From contig NC_042997.1 of assembly GCF_006345805.1 (NCBI RefSeq), positions 46,810,001 through 46,874,000 of the forward strand: a DNA stretch of 64,000 nucleotides, in the 5' to 3' direction. The notes beneath the pieces were generated by a model that saw nothing but the letters and a program-made list of their open reading frames with translations, did no database searches and had not been told where the DNA came from. The first letter of the stretch is position 1; each line of letters opens with the position of its first letter. This DNA is from Octopus sinensis (taxonomy: Eukaryota). A program made the translations under genes and the position numbers. Below are positions 43,267 to 55,180 of the stretch, piece after piece.

Positions 43267-43435
43267 CATATATATATACGACGGGCTTCTTTCAGTTTCC
43301 GTCTACCAAATCCACTCACAAAGCTTTGGTTGGCCCGAGGCTATTGTAGAAGACACCTGCCCAAGGTGCCACGCAGTGGGACTGAACCCGAAGCCATGTA
43401 GTTCGTAAGCAAGCTACTTACCACACAGCCACTCC
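42989..43435 (-). mobile_element. SINE family B, full copy
   Basis: Tail TACTCTTTTACTCTTTTACTTG, (CA)/(TA) spacer, head CTTACCACACAGCCACTCC. Confidence 0.92.
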
Positions 43436-44344
43436 GTATTTTTCATATTGTTTTCTTTTACTGTTCTTTGTGTCTGTTCTCACTTTTCATTTTCGAATTT
43501 TCGGATAATTCGTATTTCAGCACGCACACGCACACACACATACACACACGCGCGCGCGAACACACCAATATACATATATATGCATACACACACACACACA
43601 CACACGTTCACATAAACGTACACATACACACGGACATATATAAAAAGAATGAAAAACCCAATTCCTTTTTACAATTAATTTAATTGCTCCATATTGCATC
43701 ATTATATTTGAATTATTTAACAAAAAATTCATTATTACATATTCCGATGCACATTATTATGTAATGATTTCACTTCTTGCGTGGTAGTCATTGAAATATA
43801 CATATGTAATATCTGGCTTTTAGCATCCAGTGAAAATATAATGTATTTTGTTAGATACATCTACAGCAAAGAAATTATTAGACGCATTAATCTCACTAAG
43901 ATTAGTAAAACGCTCTTTGGTGTAGGAAACATTAGCATGAAACAGGTTATCAATTTGAATCTGTGGAATAACATCATGTCAGATGTCATGCTATGCCATG
44001 TCGATATAATACCTAACATATATATGTAAATGCTAATTTATACATTTACATGTTGGTTGTCGATTAAAATCCGCTCATAAGATATTCTAAAACCAGCTAT
44101 TTCATCAGAAGATATACTGATATTACACTCTGTAACTCACTTGTAATTTTTATTGCAATAGATGTAAATATGCAACAAAATTTGTACAAACTAGAAACCC
44201 TTAAACAAGTATTAAACTTATCAGAATTAGAATCTCTTTGAAGGAAAATTACGCAATAGCAACGTTTGGTATGATATAGACATCAAAACTACCATAAACT
44301 TTGAAACCAAGAATCCCTAAATAAGTTCAACTACGCGACAACTA

Positions 44345-45642
44345 TCAGGTCATCCCATAAGTTTTGTCCGATTTTACCTGTTTTAAAATTGAATGAAATT
44401 TAATAGTATTTTAAACTGTCTAATGGAATTAAAATTAGTTTTATGCATTTGTGTACATTTAAACTGATTAAATATTATTTTTAATAGAATTAAAATTAAT
44501 AGAATTAAAATTTCTTTGATTAAAGCCCACTCTAACATGGAAATATCCAAAGAGCAGTTAAGGCACATAATGCTTTATGAGTACAAAAAGGGAAACTCTG
44601 CAGCCGAAGAGACTCGAAACATACACTCAGTTTATGGGAAAGAATGCTTGAATGAAAGAACATACAGAAGATGGTTTGCAAAATTCAGAAGTGGAGATTT
44701 CAGCCTTGAAGATGAAGATCGAACAGGACGTCCAGTTGAGTTTGATAAGCTCCGTAAGGTATTACTTAAAGAAACTCCTGCATTATCAGTTAAATAATTT
44801 GCAATTAAGCTTATTTCAAACCGTACAACTGTTCATCGTCATCTTCAACAACTTGGAAAGTTCCTAAACTTGGAAAACGGGTGCCACATGAATTGTCCGA
44901 AAGAAACTGCAAATCTCGATTTGGCATCTGCTCTTCTCTCCGTTCTCGCGAACTCATTTCACCCTTTTTGGATAGACTTGTGACTGGTGACGAAAAATGG
45001 ATCTTCTATCGAAATGTTAAACGTGGAAATGTTAAACAGTGGCTTGGTAAAAGGGAAAATGCTCAACCTCAACCGAGAAGGGAACTTAATGGAAAAAAGG
45101 GTTTTCTTTCTATCTGGTAGGATTGCAAAGGAGTAATTCACTTTGAATTGTTACCACCTAATGCAACAATCAATACTCAAGTCTACTATCAGCAATTAGA
45201 GCGTTTGAATCAAGCTTTGAAGAAAAAAGACCCGCTTTAGTGAATAGAAAAGGAGTGATGTTTCATCAGGACAATGTACGACCTCACACTGCAAAGATCA
45301 CATCACAGAAGATCGAAGAGTGTGGTTGGGAAAAAATTCCTCATCCACCTTATTCTCCCAAACTTGTTCCTTCAGACTAATATTTGTTTCGTAGATAACA
45401 GAATCATTTGGGGGATATAACTTTTGCAAGCCTGGAGGAGGTCGAAAGTGACATTTCAGAGTTCTTCGCTTTGAAACCAAAGGAGATTTACATCGATGGG
45501 ATTAAAAAGCTTGTAAATAGATGGAAGGAAGTCATAGATAATCACGGAAATTACAACATGAAGATTAAATTTCAATTAGATATAACAGATGAGGACTTGT
45601 TTTCTTTATTCAAAATTCGGACAGAACTTAGAGGTGACCTGA
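44345..45642 (+). mobile_element. Full-length mariner (Tc1/mariner DD34D) DNA transposon, 1298 bp
   Basis: Left TIR TCAGGTCATCCCATAAGTTTTGTCCGATTTT; right TIR (reverse complement) TCAGGTCACCTCTAAGTTCTGTCCGAATTTT; TA on both sides (44343-44, 45643-44). Confidence 0.95.
44537..45560 (+). pseudogene. Mariner transposase pseudogene
   Basis: MEISKEQLRHIMLYEYKKG..RWFAKFRSGDFSLEDEDRTGRP (HTH), RVPHELSE (WVPHEL), LVTGDEKWIFY, HQDNVRPH, HPPYSPKLVPSD. Broken by stops and frameshifts. Confidence 0.93.
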
Positions 45643-45965
45643 TAGAATTTCAATGAAGAGCAACTTAACAATGAGTACACAAGATACAAAAGGTCACAGT
45701 CAACAAGCGCGTCAATAGTATACATCCGTGATCAGCTCTGCTTAACGGAATTCATAATGTTTTCGGTACCTGGGCAGTAGCATTCAATCTGATACTATCA
45801 ACAGCATTAAAAGCAAAAAAATCTGTCTCGGAACTATGAAACACGAAGCACCAGCAAAACATTAGCGTAATACGTCCATTATCTATATCTGAATATTGCT
45901 ATAAATAAAATGTTCAATCTTTAACATAAATCACTTCATACATATAGCTACGAAGCTCATAAATG

Positions 45966-46038
<73 letters not shown>

Positions 46039-46190
46039 ACGAACTATTGAGTTTGGTTTAATGGCCTACCAATGTATACTATGAGTTTCTTTGCCCTAGG
46101 AGTCGGGAAGACGCTCGGCAAGAAATGGAAGCAAATTTGAAAGAAGAAGAAAAAAAAATAATAATGATAATAATATAATAATAATAATAA

Positions 46191-46746
46191 ATGCCCTGAT
46201 GCAGTACCAGGTAGTGGCTCTCATGGCTTCTGATCTTAACTGATTGGAAGTGTTATCATGTACATTGTTTTGTCTTGGTATAAAAGATGGGCTACAGCAA
46301 ATATTCTGCTCAATACCAGAGATTTGCTTGTCAGTTGTTTGACCTTAACCAGTTGAGCATGTCCCTTAGTGGCTGACGATATGTGCATCTCTGATCACGA
46401 GCAGAAGTAGTGGGGGAGCATCATAGCCATGTGTTGAGAGGGATTCTTTGGGGTTTGAATAATTCACCTCTGGAAACATGGGTGGTTCTTTCAACATCCT
46501 TAAACAACCCTTATTCAGGGACCTTTTGAGCGGAATGGGCTACTCAACCTGAAGAAAATTCTAACTGGGCTCCACCTGCAAGGTCATGTGCTGTTTATCT
46601 TGATATGAAATCACCATGTCGCGCACATATGGTTGTGATGCATGTGTCTGGTGTACCCTTATCAGACGGGTAGTCATGACGGGTATATTGGGCTTCGTAT
46701 ATTTTACCCCAGTGTCACTTTGATGGCATGCACTGCTCTCTCACTC
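46191..46746 (+). mobile_element. 556-bp non-coding dispersed repeat inside (AAT)n
   Basis: Bounded by AAT tracts on both sides; second copy at 8962-9370 (minus). No TIR, tRNA head or long ORF seen. Confidence 0.82.
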
Positions 46747-46814
<68 letters not shown>

Positions 46815-46827
46815 TAATAATAATAAT

Positions 46828-47010
46828 ACTGGAGCGGCTGTCCGGCTCGAAGTGATTCTGAAGACGGCATTGTTGCGTACAACTCGCATTTTAAGGAGTG
46901 TATTTTCACTTTGAGTCACAGCCGAAAGCATTACATGAAACCTTTGGTGATTTCTTAGTGCCCGCTTTCAAGTAAAGAACAATCGGTAATTAAGAACTAT
47001 CCGAGAGTCA
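46828..47010 (+). mobile_element. 3' end of RLE retrotransposon family 2
   Basis: TGAAVRLEVILKTALLRTTRILRSVFSL* plus the UTR GCTTTCAAGTAAAGAACA, as at 4690-4975. Confidence 0.75.
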
Positions 47011-47043
47011 TTCATAATAGTAATAATAATAATGATAATAATA

Positions 47044-47104
<61 letters not shown>

Positions 47105-47115
47105 TAATAATAATA

Positions 47116-47185
<70 letters not shown>

Positions 47186-47189
47186 TAAT

Positions 47190-47580
47190 ATTAATAATAA
47201 TACAAACGCAACATTCCCAACAAACACGATGTAAACAACGAAGGGGAGCCTAATGATTAAATAGAGGTAACTAGAATGTGGAATCTGAAAACAGAAACAA
47301 TTCCTATCATAGTAGGTGCATTAGGCATGATAAAAAAATATTCAGACAAATACATAACAAAAACACCAGGACTTACAAACACATATAACATACAGAAAAT
47401 TGCACTACTAGGCACTGCACACATCCTACGCAGAACACTTTCCATACAATAACCATCAGAGCATCACAACAAATCACAGCACATACCAAAGGCACACAGA
47501 GCTGCGCTCGGTAGTGAAGTGAAAGCACGCTATAAAAATAAAACTACTGAATAATAATAATAATAATAATATAATAATAA

Positions 47581-47621
<41 letters not shown>

Positions 47622-47655
47622 TAATAAATAATAATAAATAATAATATAATAATAT

Positions 47656-47686
<31 letters not shown>

Positions 47687-48050
47687 TAATAATAATAATA
47701 ATAATATTAATAATAATACAAACGCAACATTCCCAACAAACACGATGTAAACAACGAAGGGGAGCCTAATGATTAAATAGAGGTAACTAGAATGTGGAAT
47801 CTGAAAACAGAAACAATTCCTATCATAGTAGGTGCATTAGGCATGATAAAAAAATATTCAGACAAATACATAACAAAAACACCAGGACTTACAAACACAT
47901 ATAACATACAGAAAATTGCACTACTAGGCACTGCACACATCCTACGCAGAACACTTTCCATACAATAACCATCAGAGCATCACAACAAATCACAGCACAT
48001 ACCCAAGGCACACAGAACTGTGCTCGGTAGTGAAGTGAAAGCACGCTAAA
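47190..48050 (+). mobile_element. Two tandem 3' fragments of RLE family 1 sharing a foreign leader of about 57 nt (period 516 bp)
   Basis: Copies at about 47190-47550 and 47706-48050 are identical for about 300 bp; the ORF track shows identical 62-aa entries at 47257 and 47773. Confidence 0.9.
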
Positions 48051-48086
48051 AAAGAGAAAAAAAAAATAATAATAATAATAATAATA

Positions 48087-48120
<34 letters not shown>

Positions 48121-49131
48121 CGATGATGACGATGATGATGATGATGATAAAAATAATAATAAACAGATAACAGAGAATTGTCCTCAAATTCTACGATGCC
48201 ATCCCAAGAAATGTAAAAATTTAAAATAAATAACATTAAAGCAAACTAGCGGACTGAAATTATTGAACACATGTTACCAAAAAGGAACAGAAAAAAAAAA
48301 CAAGGTGATTATACATAAAACAGCAAATAGTTGTACCTAAGTGATGATCAACCTAAAATTTTATTATTTATTTTATTGCATCTAATATTATTAATAATAA
48401 TTGATTATTGTGTATGCTTATAAATGTAAATATGTATGTACATTTAAGTGTATATATAAGTGTTTATGTAAATTTATATACGTATGCATATGTATACGCA
48501 CATGTATAAGTATTTAAATGTGTGTTTAATTTTTATTTATTTTATATCTATACTTATTTATTACTTAACCTTATGTACTTTATAAAAATCTGACGAAGCC
48601 TAGAGAAACACCCAAGTACCTCAAATTCATCTACTTATTACTTCAGTCTTCTGGAGGAATAAAGGTAGAATGAAGTATTTTTGCCTCTTGGCTGAAACAG
48701 CTGTAAGTTATTTTCCCAATTTATATTCCTGTATGCTATATTTTAATAATTACTGGTATCTTTATATATTAATATATTTAAATCTAAAGCATAATATGTT
48801 ATACATGTATGTATATTCTTGTAATTGTCAGTTTTGTAAGTAAATAAATAAATAAGTTGACATAATATAATGTCTAAAAGTTGATGAACCACCTATTGAT
48901 CCCTCCATTTTCTTATTGCTCTATAAATTAATGGTAAAATATTTCCTTACCTTCACCCATTTAGTACACAAGGTAATGTAATTGCAATGCAATAAAAAAA
49001 CACTTGTGTATAAATAATTGGGTATTCTACCAGCAGTATATTGAATAGATATTATCCCTTAGTTGGTTGGATTCACAACCTCTAACTTTCTTGGAATATA
49101 TATATATTTTTTTATTTTATTTTATAGAAGG

Positions 49132-49182
49132 AGCTTCTACAGGACTAGAAATGTTTCATTCAAATGAAATCATCAGGAAGCT
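49132..49182 (-). ncRNA. Candidate type-I hammerhead ribozyme (canonical core)
   Basis: Minus strand AGCTTC-CTGATGA-T TTC ATTT GAA T-GAAA-CA TTTCTAGTCC TG-TA-GAAGCT: 6-bp stem I, GUA triplet, 3-bp stems II and III, and a U.U mismatch at the base of stem II. Confidence 0.65.
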
Positions 49183-49256
49183 ATATATTGAGTACCTTAT
49201 TTACTGTGGTTAACCCCGACTCAACCCGGGATCTACATATATATATATATATATAT

Positions 49257-49500
49257 ACTCTTTTACTCTTTTACTTGTTTCAGTCATTTGACTGCGGCCA
49301 TGCTGGAACACCGCCTTTAGTCGAGCAATTCGACCCCGGGACTTATTCTTTGTAAGCCCAGTACTTATGCTATCGGTCTCTTTTGACGAACCGCTAAGTG
49401 ACGGGGACGTAAACACACCATCATCGGTTGTCAAGCAATGCTAGGGGGACAAACACAGACACGCAAACACACACACACACACATACATATATATACATAT
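49257..49500 (-). mobile_element. SINE family B, tail half
   Basis: TACTCTTTTACTCTTTTACTTGTTTCAGTCATTTGAC..GGACAAACACAGACAC followed by TA repeats. Confidence 0.88.
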
Positions 49501-49504
49501 ATAC

Positions 49505-49541
<37 letters not shown>

Positions 49542-49558
49542 GTATTTATGTATGTATA

Positions 49559-49882
49559 CTGTTAATACGAGTCGGCGTGCGTTGTGTTCCGTAATGAAAA
49601 CTGTATAGTAAATAAACAAATAAAATCACGTATACTGAGTCTACAAACCGGATGGGAGACAGACACTGAGGGTCCCTAATTCTTTATCAGTTATCAACCA
49701 AAATAGTAATACTCAGTTTCGCACCATTTGTTTGATAACTGATGAAGAATTAGGGACCTTCTGTGTTTGTCTCCCGTCCGGTTTGTACACTTAGTATACC
49801 TTATGTCATTTGTCTATTTACCACACAGGTTTTTCATTTACATTACGTAACGGACGCAACGCACGCCGACTCGTATTAACAG
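49559..49882. mobile_element. MITE / foldback element with TA TSD
   Basis: TIR CTGTTAATACGAGTCGGCGTGCGTTG at both ends, TA at 49557-58 and 49883-84; the arms stay complementary for about 140 bp. A partial opposite-orientation copy lies at 50465-50620. Confidence 0.88.
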
Positions 49883-50060
49883 TAAGTTTTGCCATATATC
49901 TGTGCGACTCGCTCTTCCCTTCACTCTTTCCCCTCATCTCCCTCACGCCCTCTCACTTCTATTTCTAACCTTTCCACTTTCTCTATGTTCTCTCTCTCGC
50001 CTCCTTGTATTCTTAGCCTTTATCCTTTCTCTTTTACCCCACTTCATCCCTTCTTTCTGT

Positions 50061-50095
<35 letters not shown>

Positions 50096-51717
50096 TCTCT
50101 CCCTCTCCCTTGCCTTCTTTCTCATCTACCCGCTATTGTTACGTGACCCGTGGTCACCTTTCCTTTCATTCTCTCCATTTCTCGCACCGCTCGCATAGCT
50201 GACTGGTCGCAAATTCCCTACCTCACTCTTTTCTAAACTTTAGGATGTCTTCTAAACAAGCCGTTACCTACCATTCTTGTCTGTTTGGTCCCGAGGCTAT
50301 ATTTTGCTCGTTTCTTATTTATTTCATCTTTTTCCATCGTCTTCATTCACATTTATTCACGTTCGTAAGTCCACTCTGTATCGTTTTGATTTGTTTGCTC
50401 TCAGTTCTATTCTCCGCTACTTTCTCGGGCATCGCCAGCATACGAAGTTCTCAGTCTTATCATTAATGGTGCGAAAATGAGTATTACCATTTTGTTCACT
50501 GACTGATGAAGAATTAAGGACTTTCTGAGTCTGTTTCCCTACCGGTTTGTTCACTCAGTATACGTTATGTAGTTTGTTTATTTACCACGCATTTTTTCAT
50601 TTATTATAAATATATATATATATATACATGTGTGTATACGTAATTTTCTAGACCACAAGCAAGGACCTAAACCCCTTTTTCTGCGACGAAATGGAGAGAT
50701 ATTTAATGCCTCTGATGTAGATCAGCACACTGACTAGAGACTTGACTGAATGCCCGAATGATACGATGAATGTAATTAGATTTATTATATTCGGCCTGTC
50801 AGTGACTGTAGAAACAAAATTTACGACGGTAAACTTACTCGCTTTTACGTTCAATTTAAAATCAAAATCATATCAACTCCTTTACCAAACCAGTTATTAT
50901 TCTAATGTAAGTGCGTACACAATATAAATATCCAACCGATATGATCAAGGTATCACTACACACTTGTAAAAGTACGAGTGTTTTAGCCTCCGACGCAGCT
51001 ATATTTAATAAAAATGCAGAGATATACAGCGAGGAAAGATTGCATAGACGATACTACATATGAATTAAGTAATCATTGTCAGCAAGAAATTGCTCTACAA
51101 ATAAAATGAAGACAGATGTTCTGCTTATTTTGTCAACAACAGAATAAACATCACAAAATATTTTCTTTGCTTAATCAGAAAATGCTTCCAAGTGTGCCTT
51201 TAAATTCTGCTTTTCAAAGAAGAAAATTTTAAATTGAGAAGAAAATAAATAAAAATTGAGGTAGCATCTTGGGCAAGTGTCTTCTGCTGTAGCCTCGGGC
51301 CGACCAAAGCCTTGTGAGTGGATTTGGTAGAAGGAAACAGGCTATCAATTTGAATCTTTGGAATAACATCATCTCAGATGTCATGTTGTGTAGCCCGAAT
51401 GTGAAAATATACTAATGCTTTTTCATGCAGAGCAACAGTTCATCAAAAAATTCTCTCCAAAATTGAATGTTTGAAAGAAAAGGGGAGGCAGTACATTTTG
51501 TATTCTAAATACAACTCAAAGAGGAGAAAAAAGAAAGAGGAAAAAAGAAGGAAAGAGGAAAAAAGAAGAATGCAAAAGACTTTCAGTGATGACCACACCA
51601 CACCTGTTTTTTTCTCTTTTTTCTTTCTGAAGAGGTCACCACCCTTACCCATGACTACATAAATAAATGAATGGTGAGTAGGAAGGGGATCTCCTTTCTC
51701 TCTCTCCCTCTCCCTCT

Positions 51718-52000
<283 letters not shown>

Positions 52001-52203
52001 AGCCTCTCTACCTTCCTATATTTCTATCTATAGATCTCCATTGTCATGGAACCTCACCCCCCCCACCAAAAAAACAAAAACAGAAACAATGTTTTCTTCT
52101 TCTAAACAAAATCTCCCAAAACATCTGTTTTATATAAATGAACAAGCTGTTTGTATACATTATTTATATTCGACGGATATTTGTCCTCATCCTGCTTGTT
52201 GTT

Positions 52204-52249
52204 AAAACAACGTTTCGGCTGATATATCCTCCAGCCTTCTTCAGGTGTC
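52204..52249 (-). ncRNA. Candidate minimal hammerhead ribozyme of Penelope-like-element type
   Basis: Minus strand GACAC-CTGAAGA-A-GGCTG GAGGATATAT CAGCC-GAA-ACGT-T-GTTTT: 5-bp stem II, palindromic ACGT stem III, GUU triplet, one mismatch in stem I. Confidence 0.55.
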
Positions 52250-52987
52250 TCGGGAAAATTTCGAACATGGGTTCTCATTTCTAAGGTATTCTTCGATGCT
52301 ATTACTGTTATTATTATTGTTGTTGTTGTTGTTGTTGTTGTTAATGTCACTGCTTAGAATCGAACTCGGAATCCTGGGGTTAGTAGCCCACGCTCTTAAC
52401 CACTACGCCATATGCCCGGGCATATTGAATGTTTGGAAGTAAAGGGGAGACAGTACATTTCGTACAGGAGGAAAAAAAGAGAGGAAAAAGATGGAAATAG
52501 GAGAAAAGAAAGAGAAAAAAAGAAGGGGGAGAGAGAAAGAAAGCAAAAATACTTTCAGTGATGACCATACCACACCTGTTTTATTCTTTTTTTTGGGGGG
52601 GGGTTATCATCCTCAAATATATTCCAATAGAATAGTAAATGACTAAATAAATAAATGAAGGGTGAATAAGAACGGGGAAATCTGCCTTCTCTCCCCTCTC
52701 TCTCTCTTTATCTATCTATCTATCTAAGTATTTATCAGCCTACCTACCAACCTATATTTCTATCTCTCTATCTCCATTTTCATGATAACTCACCCATAAA
52801 AACAAAAGCAATAGTCTCTTCTTCTAAACAACCTCCCCCCTTAAAACATCTGTTTTATATAAATGAACAATCTGTACATTTACAAAATTTTATTTGACAA
52901 TTTGGAGAAACGAACGAAAGCGTTAATAATAATAATGAAGAAATAAAAGGATTTTCTCCCTAAAATTCTGACGACTTTCTTTCTCAA

Positions 52988-53039
<52 letters not shown>

Positions 53040-53042
<3 letters not shown>

Positions 53043-53215
53043 ACCGGTGTTGATATGTTTACATCCCCGGAACTTAGCAGTCCGGCAAAAAAAACTGATT
53101 GAATACGTACTAGGCTTACAAGGAATAAGTCCTGGGGTCGACTTGTTCAACTAAAGGCGGTGCTCCAGCTTGGCCGAGGTCAAATGACTGAAACAAATAA
53201 AAGACTAAAAGAATA
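53040..53215 (+). mobile_element. SINE family B, tail half
   Basis: CAACCGGTGTTG..GGGGTCGACTTGTTCAACTAAAGGCGGTGCTCCAGC..AAATGACTGAAACAA. Confidence 0.8.
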
Positions 53216-53820
53216 AAATGATTAAGCGTGTAAAACCATGAAGAACCACCATGTATACTGCTGACAAATATACGAAAATGTATGTTGACATACCCTAATT
53301 CCTGAAATATGGAGCTTGCCTACCTATTGAAGAGTAGTCTAAAGAGAAAGATTATTTATACAATTCTGATATGAACAAGCTGCACGGGACTTAGAATGTG
53401 TTCCATCGAATGCCACCCTTGTCTTCTCAACAGCTCAGTATGTTACTGATACCTGTAAACTATTGCTCTGAACATCTGATTTTACCAAATACTTCGGTGG
53501 TATGATCCGTGCTACCCAATCACAGATTAAAAGGAAAAGAAATTATTTTCAACGTGTCAACACATACTAAAATACTTTTTTGGAAATTTCTCACCACGAC
53601 GTAAGACACATCAAAGTACACTCGAATAGCCAACATTACTTTCACCGATGCATCTTTTAAACTGCTGACATTCATCCCGTCTATTTTCTTCCCGATGCGC
53701 TGATATGAGCAGCCGACCGGAGTGCTCGCACATATATATGAATAAATACCAAACACGGCTCTCTCAAACAAAATTGTATTGAGCACTTTGAAGCTTATAT
53801 TACTCTAAAATACATTGTCC

Positions 53821-53861
<41 letters not shown>

Positions 53862-53985
53862 CCTACCTACCCGTTTCTCCATATCTACATGTGTATGCTT
53901 GTATACATTCTCTCTCGATGATACACACAGGTGCACACTGACATATATGTGTGTATATATATATGTATGTATATATGCATGTAGG

Positions 53986-54038
<53 letters not shown>

Positions 54039-54389
54039 ATACATATGTATGTATGTGTATGACTATATATGTCATGTGCCTATATATATATATATATGTA
54101 TGTATATTCACATGTGAATATATAAGTGTGTGTACACACACACACACACACACATATACATATATAGCTATAAAAATTGTCTCCTTTTAGTTTGCCTATA
54201 CCAACTTACTTGTTAATCAAAGCATCCATCAATCAAGTTACGTATCCATACACACATATATATATATATAATGGTGAACAGAGAAAGAAACTGATGACAA
54301 TAATATCACTGGAAGATCGAGATAGAGTAGGAGCAATTCAAAGAAACCGGAAGGGGATTGGCTCCAATCCATTTAAACCATTTTCGAAG

Positions 54390-55180
54390 AAGGCGCCGTT
54401 GTAAAATAGAAAGAAAGAAGAAAAGGGAACAGCTTTTAATCCAATGCTCTCAGCAATGTCAGATTTTCAAGTGTTAAGTAAACACTATTGAAAAGAGGAA
54501 GGTTGGTTGGGATGAGATCTGCAGCTGGGTTTGGAAGAGATCTGCTGCGACAGAAAATAATGAACGATGTCAAATGTAGATGCGGAAAAGTTGGCACGAT
54601 AAAGCATGCTTTATCTAACGGATCAATGACGTTGAAAAGGTTTACAAGGAGGCACGATAGCAACAAAGAAGAAGTCAGACATCACAATATGGTTTGAGGA
54701 ACGTAAGATTATACATCTTATTGAATTAACTGTTCACCAAAAAGAATTTACATGCAACCCATGTTAGGAAACAAGAGTGTTATGCAATGCTAGTGGAAGA
54801 CTGATTGGGACGCAGTAATTTTCTGTAGAAGTTGGATGAAGGGGTCTCATTCAAACCAGATTGAAATGGTGGTCACTATAAAATGGCGTCTAAAATGGGA
54901 AAGCAAATGCTGAAGGCAATTCAGACGATAGATGTGCGTGCCAGCCGTTGGATATGACTGAAAAGGAATGATGAAACATGCCTTGAGAGGTGATGATCCC
55001 GAAATGGACTTGAAAACTTTAGGTGGAGGTTTCACATCAGTGTGGTGGAGCAGTGCACTGCAAAGCCATCCAAAGCAAGGGCCCTGAAACGTTGCACATT
55101 CTCTCCTGAGCACCCCTGAATCCTTCAGGATTCCGGTATGCGGAGTTTTCGACTGACTGAACTTGCACTAGCAAGCTGTT
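54390..55180 (+). mobile_element. HERO-like RLE retrotransposon C-terminal remnant plus 3' UTR
   Basis: CRCGKVGTIKHALSNGSMTLKRFTRRHDS (decayed CCHC) and KSDITIWFEERKIIHLIELTV (RPD..IELTV endonuclease motif). Confidence 0.7.
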
